A stretch of DNA of 64,000 nt from Myxococcales bacterium (GCA_045863395.1 BTVJ01000043.1:1-64000); one strand, 5' to 3'. Positions 8,183 through 17,955 are shown, counted from the stretch's first letter. Numbers and translations are program-made. The notes: generated from the sequence alone by a model not told the origin.

Positions 8183-9777
8183 GGCGCCTCCCCGACGCGC
8201 CGGAAGGCCGGGCTGGTCGCGATGTCGAAGAGCAGGCGCTCGAAGCGACCCTCGGCGGCGAAGGACGTGGCGATGGCGTCGAGCTGGGCGCGCTCGCCCG
8301 GGGTCTCCTCCCGATTGACCGCGTAGCGCCAGGCCGTGCGCGCGATGCAGGGCATGAGGTCCGGGTGGGCGGCGACCGCCTCGACGAGGGTGCGGGCACC
8401 GTCGAACGGGACGCCGTCCAGCTCGCCGCTCGGGTCGATGGGGGCACCGTTGTCCAGAAGGCGGAAGCGGCCGAGCCCGTCGAACACCTCGAAGCCGTAG
8501 CCCGGGGGGTCCATCATGTCGTGGCAGGACGCGCAGGCCGGGTCCAGGCGGTGCGCCTCCAGGCGGTCCCGCAGGGTCAGCGCGTCGGGCGAGGGCTCGG
8601 GGATGGCCGTGTTCAGCTCGGACGGCGGCGACGGCATGGTCTGGCAGAGGATCCGCTGGCGCAGCGCGACCCCCCGCTTGGTGGCCGACGACGAGGTCGG
8701 GTGCGCGTGGGGCGCCAGGAACGAGACGTGCCCGAGGATGCCGGCGCGGGCCCCCTCGCTCGGGAGCTCCACGAGGCCGAAGCCGTCCGGGTCCGGCGCG
8801 GGGACATCGTAGATGGCGGCGAGGCGGGGCGTGACATAGGTCTCGCGGGTCGTGAACAGCTCCCGCACGTCCGTGCGGCGGTCGAAGATCACGCGCTCGA
8901 CCAGGCGCAGGGTCTCTTCCCGGGCGGCCGGCCCGAGGTCCGCCGAGAACTGCTCGAAGACGGTCGGGTCCTTGCCGAGCTGGTCGAGCTCCGCGAGGCC
9001 GAGCCAGTCGGCGAAGAAGGCCCGCACCCCCTGGCGCGTGCGGGGGTCCTTCAGCATTCCCTCGACGACGGACGGCAGCGCGTCGGTGAGGTCACCGCGC
9101 GCCGCCGCCTCCAGGAGCGCGTCGTCGGGGACCGTGTTCCAGAGCAGCAGGGCGAGGCGCGCCGCCATCTCGTAGCCGGTGTAGCGGGGAGGCCCACCAT
9201 CGGGGGAGGGCTCGCCCAGCTCCACGCGGTACAGGAAGTGGGGGGACGCGAGCAGGGTCGCGAGCACCAGCTCTACTCCCCCGTCGCCGCCGAGGGCGGA
9301 CTGGGCCTGCTCGCCGATGGTCGCCAGCGTCGCGACCTCCTCGTCTGAGAGAGGGCGCCGCCACAGGCGCAGACCCCACGCCTTGACGATCGATGCGATG
9401 CAGCCGTCCGTCGCGGGGTCACACGTCCGCACGCGCGCTCGCACCGCGACGTTGGCGACCGCCTGGGAGGCCAGCGACAAGGCGGCGTCGAAGCTCTGCT
9501 CCACGCCACGCTTGGAGAGGGTGGCCACCGTGGCGCCGACGGCGACCAGGCCGCCCGAGGGCGTGTCCGGCTCCAGGCCCGCCGGGACGACCAGCTCGGG
9601 GCCCAGGGTGTCGCGGACGGCGTTGGTCACCTGGACGCGGCTCAGGCGCGCGAGGCGCGGCGGCGCGGGCGTGACCTGGATGCCGGTCACGACGTCCTGC
9701 GCCCCGCCGCCGAGGGGGACGCTGGCCTCGGGGGCGCAGGCGGCCAGGACCAGCAGCAGAGCGAGGCGCGACGTCAT
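8179..9777 (-). CDS. DUF1592/DUF1588/DUF1585-type protein with a CxxCH heme motif
   Basis: LLASPHFLYRVE, EMAARLALLLWNTVPD, SSATKRG, CASCH, PGYGFEVFDGLGRFR; lipobox-like VLAAC; start chosen at ATG 9777. Confidence 0.88.
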   Translation of the reverse strand: MTSRLALLLVLAACAPEASVPLGGGAQDVVTGIQVTPAPPRLARLSRVQVTNAVRDTLGPELVVPAGLEPDTPSGGLVAVGATVATLSKRGVEQSFDAALSLASQAVANVAVRARVRTCDPATDGCIASIVKAWGLRLWRRPLSDEEVATLATIGEQAQSALGGDGGVELVLATLLASPHFLYRVELGEPSPDGGPPRYTGYEMAARLALLLWNTVPDDALLEAAARGDLTDALPSVVEGMLKDPRTRQGVRAFFADWLGLAELDQLGKDPTVFEQFSADLGPAAREETLRLVERVIFDRRTDVRELFTTRETYVTPRLAAIYDVPAPDPDGFGLVELPSEGARAGILGHVSFLAPHAHPTSSSATKRGVALRQRILCQTMPSPPSELNTAIPEPSPDALTLRDRLEAHRLDPACASCHDMMDPPGYGFEVFDGLGRFRLLDNGAPIDPSGELDGVPFDGARTLVEAVAAHPDLMPCIARTAWRYAVNREETPGERAQLDAIATSFAAEGRFERLLFDIATSPAFRRVGEAP

Positions 9778-10071
9778 CGGGCGGCGGTTCTCCGGTGGTG
9801 GGGACCAGTGGAAGGTAGAGCAGGCTCGTGCTGGATTCAACGCCGAACGCGGGTCGAGTCGCGAGAGACGGCAACCGGGCGGGCGACGCGGCGCGCAGGC
9901 AGCGACAGTCACATTTGATATCAACAGCTTGGAAGAACTTGAGAGGAATCGTCGCCGCCCCTGTCAGATCCGCGGGGCCCGCCTCGAAGGGAGCGGGTGG
10001 GGAGAGTGGTGGCGACCCGACGCCATGACCCCCGACACCCCGCGAAGAGACGAACAGAGGGAGAACGACCG

Positions 10072-10923
10072 ATGACGCTGGACCTGATCGCTGTGGTCGA
10101 CCGGAGGAGGAACCAGACGCTGTGCAGCCGCGTCCGCGCGAGGCGGATCCGGCGGAGCCGCCGCGCGAGCGTGGTACAGGAGCGGTCCCGGCGCGACGTG
10201 CGCTGGGCTGAGGCCGGCGGGACCCTGGCGGGCGTGGAGAGGCTGGCCACGCTGGGGGCGCTCGCGGCGGACGTGGGGCACGAGCTGAACAACGTGGCCT
10301 GCGTGCTGCTCAACGCCATCGAGATGACGCGGGAGGCGGCTGCCGGCGGGCGGCCCGCCGACCCGCAGGACCTGGAGGCCCTGGACTACGCCTGCCGCCA
10401 CGTGGTCGCGCACGGGCGCAACCTGCTGCGGCTGGGGTCTCCCGCCACGAGCACCGGGGTGACGGATCTGGCTGAGGCCGCGGAGGCGACCGTGAAGGCG
10501 CTCCAGATGACGGGGCGGCGCAGACACGCACAGGTGCGGGTGGAGGTGGAGGGCCCACTGCGAGTGGCGATGCCCCGGATGCACGTGGAGCAGGTCCTGA
10601 TGAACCTGCTGCTCAACGCCCTCGACGCCCATGAGGAGTCCCGATCCCAGAGCCCCATGGTTCGAGTCGCGGCGGCGGCGCGGGACGGCCGGGTGACCTG
10701 CACGGTCGAGGACAACGGCCCTGGCATGTGCAACGAGGTCGCCGCGCGCGCCTTCGACGTCTACTTCACGACCAAGCGAGACGGCCGGGGGACGGGCCTG
10801 GGGCTGCCCCTGGTGCGCAAGATGGTCGAGGACGCTGGCGGCGCGGTGGCGCTCTGGACACGCGAGGGAGCCGGCACGCGGATCACGCTGGATCTGCCAG
10901 CCCTGGCCGAGCAACGGCGATGA
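10072..10923 (+). CDS. Histidine kinase (HisKA + HATPase) with no obvious sensor domain
   Basis: H-box ADVGHELNN, N-box EQVLMNLLLNALDA, G1 VEDNGPGM, F-box AFDVYFTTK, G2 GTGLGL; GAGGGAG RBS. Confidence 0.88.
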   Translation: MTLDLIAVVDRRRNQTLCSRVRARRIRRSRRASVVQERSRRDVRWAEAGGTLAGVERLATLGALAADVGHELNNVACVLLNAIEMTREAAAGGRPADPQDLEALDYACRHVVAHGRNLLRLGSPATSTGVTDLAEAAEATVKALQMTGRRRHAQVRVEVEGPLRVAMPRMHVEQVLMNLLLNALDAHEESRSQSPMVRVAAAARDGRVTCTVEDNGPGMCNEVAARAFDVYFTTKRDGRGTGLGLPLVRKMVEDAGGAVALWTREGAGTRITLDLPALAEQRR

Positions 10924-10998
10924 GGGCCCGAAATGCACGTTCTTGCTGGCAGTTGGGGCTTGAAGTACAGTCGCGCGCTCGACGGAGCGAACTGCCCC

Positions 10999-11649
10999 AT
11001 GACCGAAGCCCTCACGCCCGCGCTGTTCTCGAGAGCCGTGTTGGAGCGGGAGGAGCGGGCCATGGCGCGCGTCGTCGAGGCGCTGACCCCGGTCCTGCAC
11101 GCGCGGGTGGCGTCCATCCTGCTCCGGTGTCGCCGCGCCATGGGGGGGCGGGTCGTGCGCCAGGAGGTGGAGGACCTCACCCAGGACGTCTTCGCGCTGC
11201 TCTTCTCGGATGGTGGGAAGCGCCTGCTGGCCTGGCGGCCGGAGCGCGGGACGCCTGGCGCCTGGTTCGGGCTGCTGGCGGAGCGCTTCGTCCTGGACAC
11301 GCTGCGGAGCCGGCGCAGGAGCCCGTTCACCGACAGCCCGACCGACGACGTGGAGCTGGAGACGGAGCCGGAGCACCCGACGCAGGAGCGGCGGGTGGTG
11401 TCCCACAACCTGCTGGCGCTGCTCGCGGAGCGCCTGGAGGCCCAGCTCAACGAGCGGGATCGGCAGCTCTTTCGGCTCCTGTACGTGGAGGAGCTCTCGG
11501 ACGACGAGGTGCAGGCGAGGCTCGGGCTCAGCCAGGACGCGCTCTACCAGGCGCGGCGGCGGCTGAAGCAGAGGGTGGCCGCGGTGGTGAGCACGATGCC
11601 CAAGACCGGCGAGAACCAGAGGGCGAGGGTGCCAGGAGCGACGCCATGA
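10999..11649 (+). CDS. ECF-type sigma-70 factor
   Basis: Region 2 EVEDLTQDVFALLF...LDTLRSRRR; region 4 LNERDRQLFRLLYVEELSDDEVQARLGLSQDALYQARRRLK. Confidence 0.88.
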   Translation: MTEALTPALFSRAVLEREERAMARVVEALTPVLHARVASILLRCRRAMGGRVVRQEVEDLTQDVFALLFSDGGKRLLAWRPERGTPGAWFGLLAERFVLDTLRSRRRSPFTDSPTDDVELETEPEHPTQERRVVSHNLLALLAERLEAQLNERDRQLFRLLYVEELSDDEVQARLGLSQDALYQARRRLKQRVAAVVSTMPKTGENQRARVPGATP

Positions 11650-12446
11650 GCGAGATGACCGACGAGCAGTACCTGCGTGCGCTCGGGTCCGCCGTGCGAG
11701 GCGCGCGCCAGGAGGGCGATGAGGACGACCCGCGCTGGGAGCGCCTCGCGGCAGGCACCCTCAGCGCCGAGGAGGACGCGGCGCTGCGAGAGCTGGCGCA
11801 AGCCGACCCCGCCATCGCGGAGGCCCATGAGGCATTCCGGCCTTTGGGGCTGGACTTCCAGGCGGCGGTCATGGCGAGCTGGCGTGAGACCCCGCGGCGA
11901 GGGGCGCTGCGGGTCCTCATGCCTTGGAGGGAGCACCGGGTCCGGCAGGTCGCGCCGTGGCCGCTCGGGCGCCGCCGGGCCGCGTGGACCGGGGTGGCAG
12001 CCCTGGCCGCCGCCGTCGCGTGGCTCGTGCTGTCACCGGCGACGCTGCCCCCCCTGCCCTCCTACGGGATCGAGGTGCGAGGCGGCGAGGTCGCCGCCCG
12101 AGACGTCGCCGCAGCGAGCGGGGCTCTGGAGCTGGTGCCCGACTCCCTCGTGCACGTGACCGTGCGTCCCGCGACGGCGGTGGACGGGCCCGTGGGCGCT
12201 GTAGCGTTCGCCCTCGGGGACGGGGGGCCTCGCGCGGTGGCGCAGCCGACCGTCGGGGCTACCGGAGTCGTCACGCTGGAGGGGACCGCGGGGGAGGTGC
12301 TCGGGCTCCCGCCCGGCGCGTGGGAGCTGGTGGTGCTCGTGGGGCGACCCGGTGTTCTCCCCACCGACCCTGCCGCTGGCCAGCGGCTGCTCTCGGACCC
12401 GGGCGACGTCCAGGTGTTCAGGCAGCGGATCCTGATGGGACGATGA
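11646..12446 (+). CDS. Putative single-TM anti-sigma factor
   Basis: ATGA-coupled to the sigma gene; N-terminal domain (WERLAAGTLSAEE), TM helix WTGVAALAAAVAWLVLS, then a beta-rich C-terminal domain. Confidence 0.65.
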   Translation: MSEMTDEQYLRALGSAVRGARQEGDEDDPRWERLAAGTLSAEEDAALRELAQADPAIAEAHEAFRPLGLDFQAAVMASWRETPRRGALRVLMPWREHRVRQVAPWPLGRRRAAWTGVAALAAAVAWLVLSPATLPPLPSYGIEVRGGEVAARDVAAASGALELVPDSLVHVTVRPATAVDGPVGAVAFALGDGGPRAVAQPTVGATGVVTLEGTAGEVLGLPPGAWELVVLVGRPGVLPTDPAAGQRLLSDPGDVQVFRQRILMGR

Positions 12447-15070
12447 CGCGACCTGTCCTCTTGCTGGTGTTGGGCTTGGCAGCCTGCCGGTCGACTCCGG
12501 CCGAGCCCCCCGCGCCCCTCCGGATCGAGGTGTCCGGGTGCGCCGACGTGCGACGATCGGGCGAGTGCCTGCTCCCGTCGTCGGGAGGGCGGCTCTGCCT
12601 GTGGGCAGACGTCCCCGCCGGGGAGGAGGTCCAGGTCGAGGGGGGCGCTCGGGTGGCTTGCGGCGCGAGCTGCTGCTTCGCGGTGTCCGGCGGCGCCTCG
12701 AGGCTGACCGTGACCGCCGCGGGTCCTCGCCCCCGGCAGGCGATCGTGGCGCTTGGTCCGGTAGCGCCGTGCCCCGCCGCGGACACGGCGCGCGCGCTCC
12801 GAGGCGAGGGACGCACGGAGGAGGCCTTGGCGGGGCTCGACGGGCCGATGGGCTCGGACGCGTGCGCGGCGGAGGTGGCGGGCCTGAGGGCGCGCCTGCT
12901 GCTCGACGAGGGGGAGACCGAGGAGGGGATCGGGGCCTTCCGGGCCGCCCTCGCCATGCGCAAGGAGGCCGGAAGCGTCGCCGGGTTCGTCAACGACTCC
13001 CTCGCCCTGGCCCACACCCTCACCTACCGCGTGCGTCGCAGCGCCGAGGCCCGGGAGGTCATCGCTGCGGCGGCCCAGGCGGCTGGGCCGTACCACGAGG
13101 GGATCGCGCGCGTCCCGTACTACGAGGGCCGGCTGCTGCTGGAGCTTGGCGATCTGCGCGGCGCCCTGGACCGCCTGCGCGAGGCCGACCTGCGGGCGGG
13201 TCGCCTCGGCCTTGCGACCTTGAGGGGCCACGCCCGGGAGGCGATGGCGGAGGCGCTCCAGGTGCTGGGCCGCCCCTCCGAGGCCGCGGCGCTCCTCGAC
13301 ACCCTCGCGACGGGCGACCGGCCCGACCGGGATCGCGCCATGGCCCTGAACAACATCGGGTGGCTACGGCTGCTCCAGGCGGAGGCCGAGGGACGGGGTG
13401 CGGACCCGCTGCCGCCGCTGCGGGAGGCGGCGCGGCTCGCGGCTGCCTGCGGCGACGCGGGGTTGCTCGCCAACGTGCTGCTCAACCAGGCGCTCGCGGC
13501 ACTTCAGCGCGGCGACGTGGTCGGGGCTGCGGCGCTTGCTGCGAGAGCGCGGTCCACACAGCCGGCGCCCGACGACTACGTGGCCGAGTGGATGCTGGAC
13601 GTCGATGGGCGGGTGGCGCTCCGCTCGGGGCGGGCCGAGGAGGCGCTCGGCCACTTCGAGGCCCTCGCGGGGCGGGCCGGCGGCTCCTCCAACGGGCGGT
13701 GGCGGGCGGAGCTTGGGCGAGGACGCTCGCTTCAGGCCCTCGGCCGAGCGGTGGAGGCCGCGGCCGCCTACGAACGCGCCGAGGGGCTCCTGGACGAGCT
13801 GGCGCTCCTCGTGCCCCTCGGGGAGGGCCGCACCACCTTCCTCGGCGGGCACGACCTTGGGGCCAGGCTGCTCGTGGACCTGCTCGTGGAGCTGGAGCAG
13901 CCGGAACAGGCCCTTCGCGCTGCGCGACGCTCGGCCTCCCGGCTGGTGGCGGCGGTGCAGCGCATCGACCGCCTCACGCACCTGGGGGCCGCAGGGCGGG
14001 CGGCCTTCGAGCGCGACCTGGATGTCTACCGGCGAGCCCGCGCCGAGCTGGACGCCCTGCGGCGGAGCGCCCGCGAGGCCACCCAGGAGGAGCTGGTCAG
14101 CCTGCGGGCCCGGGAGGCCACGCTGGAGGCCGAGGCGCGGAGCACCCTGGATCGCGCCTTCGCGACCGCTGGGGTGAGGGCGCGCGAGGAGAGGCCGCCG
14201 GCGGAGGGAGAAGTGCTCCTGGTGTTCCACCCTGCGGGCGATGGCCTCGTGGGTCTCGCCGCCGGCGCCGAGACGAAGGCGGTGCGCCTGAGCGTGATGC
14301 CGGGCGATGGGCCGGTGGCCCTGTCCCGCAAGCTCCTCGAGCCGCTTCGGGCCCAGATCGCCGGCGCGCGACGGCTCCGCATCATCGCCGCAGGCCCGCT
14401 GCGCGAGGTGGACTTCCACGCGCTGCCGTGGGACGGAGGCGTCCTCGGCGAGCACGTCCCCGTCGCCTACGCGGTCGACACGGGCGCCCCTGCCACGCGA
14501 GGGGGCTTCGGGGCCCTGGTCGTGGCGGACCCGAGCGGCAACCTGCGGAGCGCCCGCAAGGAGGGCGACACCGTCGCGACCGCGCTCCGCGCGCTGGGCC
14601 CGGTCCGCGTGCTGGCGGGGAGCGCCGCGACGCGGGGCGCGATGGTGGAGGGGCTCCCCGGGGCGGCGCTGCTCCACTACGCCGGCCACGCGGAGGCGGA
14701 GGGCCGGGACGGCTTCGGCAGCGCGCTGGTCCTGGCCGGCGAGGATCGCCTGACCGTCGGCGACGTGCTCGCCCTCCCCGCGGTGCCGCAGGTCGTGGTG
14801 CTCGCCGCGTGTCGGAGCGGCCGGGACGACGCTGCTGGCCGCATCCAGAGCCTGGGCCTCGCGCAGGCCTTCGTCGCCGCAGGCGCGGGGGCCGTGATCG
14901 CCGCCACTCGCCCCGTCGACGACGCGTGCGGCGCGCTGCTGACGGCGAGCCTGTATGAGCACCCCCTCACGCCCGGCAGCGCCCCGGACCGCCTCGCCGA
15001 GGCGCAGGCGGCGCTGCGAACCGCTGCACCCCACTGCGACGGCGCGAGCTTCCGCGCCCTCATGCCCTGA
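12443..15070 (+). CDS. TPR-CHAT (caspase-like) protease lipoprotein
   Basis: Lipobox LGLAAC; TPR-like helices (ALNNIGWLRL, LLANVLLNQA); CHAT motifs VDFHALPW, ADPSGNL, LHYAGHA (His), VVLAACRSG (Cys), SLGLAQAF. Confidence 0.9.
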   Translation: MTRPVLLLVLGLAACRSTPAEPPAPLRIEVSGCADVRRSGECLLPSSGGRLCLWADVPAGEEVQVEGGARVACGASCCFAVSGGASRLTVTAAGPRPRQAIVALGPVAPCPAADTARALRGEGRTEEALAGLDGPMGSDACAAEVAGLRARLLLDEGETEEGIGAFRAALAMRKEAGSVAGFVNDSLALAHTLTYRVRRSAEAREVIAAAAQAAGPYHEGIARVPYYEGRLLLELGDLRGALDRLREADLRAGRLGLATLRGHAREAMAEALQVLGRPSEAAALLDTLATGDRPDRDRAMALNNIGWLRLLQAEAEGRGADPLPPLREAARLAAACGDAGLLANVLLNQALAALQRGDVVGAAALAARARSTQPAPDDYVAEWMLDVDGRVALRSGRAEEALGHFEALAGRAGGSSNGRWRAELGRGRSLQALGRAVEAAAAYERAEGLLDELALLVPLGEGRTTFLGGHDLGARLLVDLLVELEQPEQALRAARRSASRLVAAVQRIDRLTHLGAAGRAAFERDLDVYRRARAELDALRRSAREATQEELVSLRAREATLEAEARSTLDRAFATAGVRAREERPPAEGEVLLVFHPAGDGLVGLAAGAETKAVRLSVMPGDGPVALSRKLLEPLRAQIAGARRLRIIAAGPLREVDFHALPWDGGVLGEHVPVAYAVDTGAPATRGGFGALVVADPSGNLRSARKEGDTVATALRALGPVRVLAGSAATRGAMVEGLPGAALLHYAGHAEAEGRDGFGSALVLAGEDRLTVGDVLALPAVPQVVVLAACRSGRDDAAGRIQSLGLAQAFVAAGAGAVIAATRPVDDACGALLTASLYEHPLTPGSAPDRLAEAQAALRTAAPHCDGASFRALMP

Positions 15071-15088
15071 CGGCACAAGGAGTCACGA

Positions 15089-17062
15089 ATGTTCAGACCA
15101 GACCTCTCCAGCCGCGCCGCCCTGCTCGGAGCGCTGGCGCTGACCGCGCTGCTCGGGTCCTGCCGAGGCTGCGACCGCCCGGACCCGGCCCAGCCGCAGC
15201 CGCCGGTCAAGGGGACGGACGCGGGCACGTCGAAGGCTCCCCCCACCACCAAGGAGCGCGTCGGTTCCGCCCCGGACGAGCTGCCGGTGCGCCGCTGGGT
15301 GGCGAACCTGCCCGTGGAGGGAGGGCCACCGGCGTGCCCGCAGCCCACGAAGGGATCTTGGAAGGTGAGCGAGCTGATGCCCGCCGTGCCCGCCGACCTG
15401 GGCCTCACCCCGCCGGAGGGAGGGCGCCGCTTCTGCGCCTACGAGTGGGCGGGCAAGGGGGTGGACGCCAAGGAGGTCGCGGCGATGCTGCCGCCGGAGG
15501 CGCAGGCCGCACCGGACCCGCCAGTGATCACGGGGTTGGGGCTCGATGCGGCCAAGGAGCAGCTCCGCCTCGTGAGCCTCCACCAGAACCGGGGGGTCAC
15601 TCTGGAGGGGGCGCAGGCGAGCCCGGTGGTGGTCGCGGTGGTGGACAGCGCACCCCGCAACGCGGCGCAGCCGGTGGGATCGCTCACGGTGGGCCGGAGC
15701 CACCACGGTACGACGGTGGGGCTCGCCATCCACCAGATGGTGTGCCCGAAGCTGCCGGTGGGCGACCAGGGCTGCCCGGTGAGGCTGTCGCCTCAGCTCG
15801 CCCTCGACTCCGTGATCGAGGGCGGCGAGGTGCGGGAGGAGGCCGGGGGCGGCAACGTGGGCACGCTGTCCAGCGTCGCTCGCGCGGTCGTCCAAGGTGT
15901 GCTCGACTGGGCCGCCTTCCGCAAGACGAGCCCCGAGGCGCGGCTGGTGGTGAACCTGTCCATCGGCTGGGACCCCGCCATGGTGTCCGACGAGGCGACC
16001 TCCGCGGGCATGGCGGCCGTCCTCACCGCGCTGCGCTTCGCCGAGCGGAACGGCGCCCTGATCGTGGCCGCCGCAGGGAACCGCTCGGGTGGCGCCGCTG
16101 AGTCTGCGGGGCCCATGTTCCCGGCCCGCTGGGAGGCGACCCAGAAGTCAACGGGCTGCGCTCCGGGAGCGCAGGGTGCCTGCCCTCCACTGCTCTACGC
16201 GGTCGCAGGCGTGGACGACGACGGCCACCCGCTGACCAACGTCAGGGCCGAGGGCATCCCCCGCCTCGCGGCCAACGGCCTCCAGGTGACCGTGAGCCCA
16301 ACCCAGCTCGGAGGAGGGACGTCTCCGGCGCTGACGGGGTCGTCCATGGCGGCCGCCGCCGTCTCGGGGGCCGCTGCGGCCGTCCTCGCGGCCCGCTCCG
16401 GCATCACGCGCGAAGAGGTGATCGGGGTGCTCTACGAGAGCGGCAAGCCCACCGGGCTCACCGCCGACTTCTGCCCCGGCACCCTCAGCGGCTGCAAGAC
16501 CTCGGTCCGGATGGTGGGACCAGGGGGAGCCGATCTCCCGCCGTCCGTACCCAAGGCCCCGCCGCGTAGTGCGGTCGCCGAGGAGCTGGCGACCGTGACG
16601 CCCGACGAGGTGGCCACGGTCACGGTTCAGGTGGCAGTGATCGACGCCCCTGCGTGCGGCGAGGGGTACCGGCTGGCGGCGGCGGATGGCGAGGAGGCCA
16701 CGTGCGCCGAGGTCGCGGCCTTCCGCGCTCCGCGGGCGGTGCTGGTCCACCCGCAGCCGGGGTCTCCGGGGTGCGACGTCTGCACCCTCTTCCCAGAGGG
16801 CCAGACCACGCGACGTCTCTGGTACCAGGCGAACAAGGAGCTGACCGTCTCCAAGCTCGTGGTGTCGAGCCTCGTGCTGCACGACTCGGTCAAGCGCACC
16901 AGCACCGTGGTGCGCCTGGGTGACAAGTCCGTGGAGCCGGGGCGGCTGCTGGTCATCGAGGGCCTGCAGGTCGGGGCGATCCCCTTCGACCGGGCGGAGG
17001 TCGTCGCGACCTTCGAGCAGGCGGGGACCAAGGGCGTCATCGTGGACCAGCTCGCGTACTGA
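15089..17062 (+). CDS. S8 subtilisin-like serine peptidase, probable lipoprotein
   Basis: Catalytic motifs VAVVDS (Asp), HHGTTV (His), VNLSIG, AAAGN (oxyanion Asn), GSSMAAAAVSG (Ser); signal ending LLGSC. Confidence 0.85.
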   Translation: MFRPDLSSRAALLGALALTALLGSCRGCDRPDPAQPQPPVKGTDAGTSKAPPTTKERVGSAPDELPVRRWVANLPVEGGPPACPQPTKGSWKVSELMPAVPADLGLTPPEGGRRFCAYEWAGKGVDAKEVAAMLPPEAQAAPDPPVITGLGLDAAKEQLRLVSLHQNRGVTLEGAQASPVVVAVVDSAPRNAAQPVGSLTVGRSHHGTTVGLAIHQMVCPKLPVGDQGCPVRLSPQLALDSVIEGGEVREEAGGGNVGTLSSVARAVVQGVLDWAAFRKTSPEARLVVNLSIGWDPAMVSDEATSAGMAAVLTALRFAERNGALIVAAAGNRSGGAAESAGPMFPARWEATQKSTGCAPGAQGACPPLLYAVAGVDDDGHPLTNVRAEGIPRLAANGLQVTVSPTQLGGGTSPALTGSSMAAAAVSGAAAAVLAARSGITREEVIGVLYESGKPTGLTADFCPGTLSGCKTSVRMVGPGGADLPPSVPKAPPRSAVAEELATVTPDEVATVTVQVAVIDAPACGEGYRLAAADGEEATCAEVAAFRAPRAVLVHPQPGSPGCDVCTLFPEGQTTRRLWYQANKELTVSKLVVSSLVLHDSVKRTSTVVRLGDKSVEPGRLLVIEGLQVGAIPFDRAEVVATFEQAGTKGVIVDQLAY

Positions 17063-17088
17063 CGGCGTGCTCCCCTCCGCGCGCCCCG

Positions 17089-17772
17089 TCAGAACAGGGA
17101 GCCCTGCCGCGGCCTGGGTGCCACGGCCAAGGGCTCGTCGAAGCGGGGGTTGCCCACCCGGGGGTCCACGTCGTGGGCCGCCATGAGCTTCGGGTCCAGC
17201 GGCACCAGCAGAGCCTCCGCGCCCCCTGGCGGGAGCTCCCCCGGCGCCAACCATGCGTCACGCTGCTCAGGGGGCAGGATCACGGGCATGCGGTCGTGGA
17301 CCGGGCGCACCAGGTCGTTGGCCGCCGTGGTCAGGATGGTGCAGGACTCCACGACCGCGCCGTCGGGGCTGGTCCAGGTCTCCCACAGCCCGGCGAAGGT
17401 CAATACGCTGTCGTCCGCCAGGTGGAACCACACGGGCTGTTTGGAGGCGCCCTCCTTGCGCCACTCGAAGAAGCCGTCCGCGACGACGAGGCCCCGGCGA
17501 CGCTTGAAGGCCGCCCGGAAGGCGGGCTTCTCCTGAGCGGTCTCCGCGCGGGCGTTGATCAGGCTCGCGGCGATCTTCCGGTCCTTGGCCCAGGATGGCA
17601 CGAGGCCCCAGGTGAGCAGATCGAGGCGGCGCGCCTCCCCGACCAGCCGCACGAGCGGGACACCCTGGGTCGGGGCGATGTTGTACCGTGGCGTCAGGAG
17701 AGGGACCTCCGCGAGGCCCAGCTCCGCGGCGACCATCTCTGGGGTAGCGGTCAGGGTGAAGCGTCCGCACAT
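17089..17772 (-). CDS. SRAP / HMCES-YedK family abasic-site protection protein
   Basis: MCGRF N-terminus, RYNIAPTQ, WGLVP, INARAET, DGFFEW, HDRMPVIL. Confidence 0.95.
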   Translation of the reverse strand: MCGRFTLTATPEMVAAELGLAEVPLLTPRYNIAPTQGVPLVRLVGEARRLDLLTWGLVPSWAKDRKIAASLINARAETAQEKPAFRAAFKRRRGLVVADGFFEWRKEGASKQPVWFHLADDSVLTFAGLWETWTSPDGAVVESCTILTTAANDLVRPVHDRMPVILPPEQRDAWLAPGELPPGGAEALLVPLDPKLMAAHDVDPRVGNPRFDEPLAVAPRPRQGSLF

Positions 17773-17955
17773 GCTGCCTCCTCGGATCGTCGAGACTGGA
17801 CCAGCACGGAGCGGCGTGCAAGGGAGCTCGGCTGCTGGCGTCGCTCGGGGGCGGGTCTACCGGACGCACCGGCGATCAGTAGCGTGCGGCGCAGGATCCC
17901 GCCCGGGGGTTCTGCTACCATGGCGCTCCCTCGTCGGCCGCGGAGGAGTTGCGCC

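Noticed and set aside
9915..9924. Palindrome TTGATATCAA as an FNR site
   Set aside because: FNR needs TTGAT-N4-ATCAA and there is no spacer here; it may bind another factor but cannot be assigned.
17773..17955. LexA/SOS box upstream of the SRAP gene
   Set aside because: No recognisable LexA-type motif found by eye.
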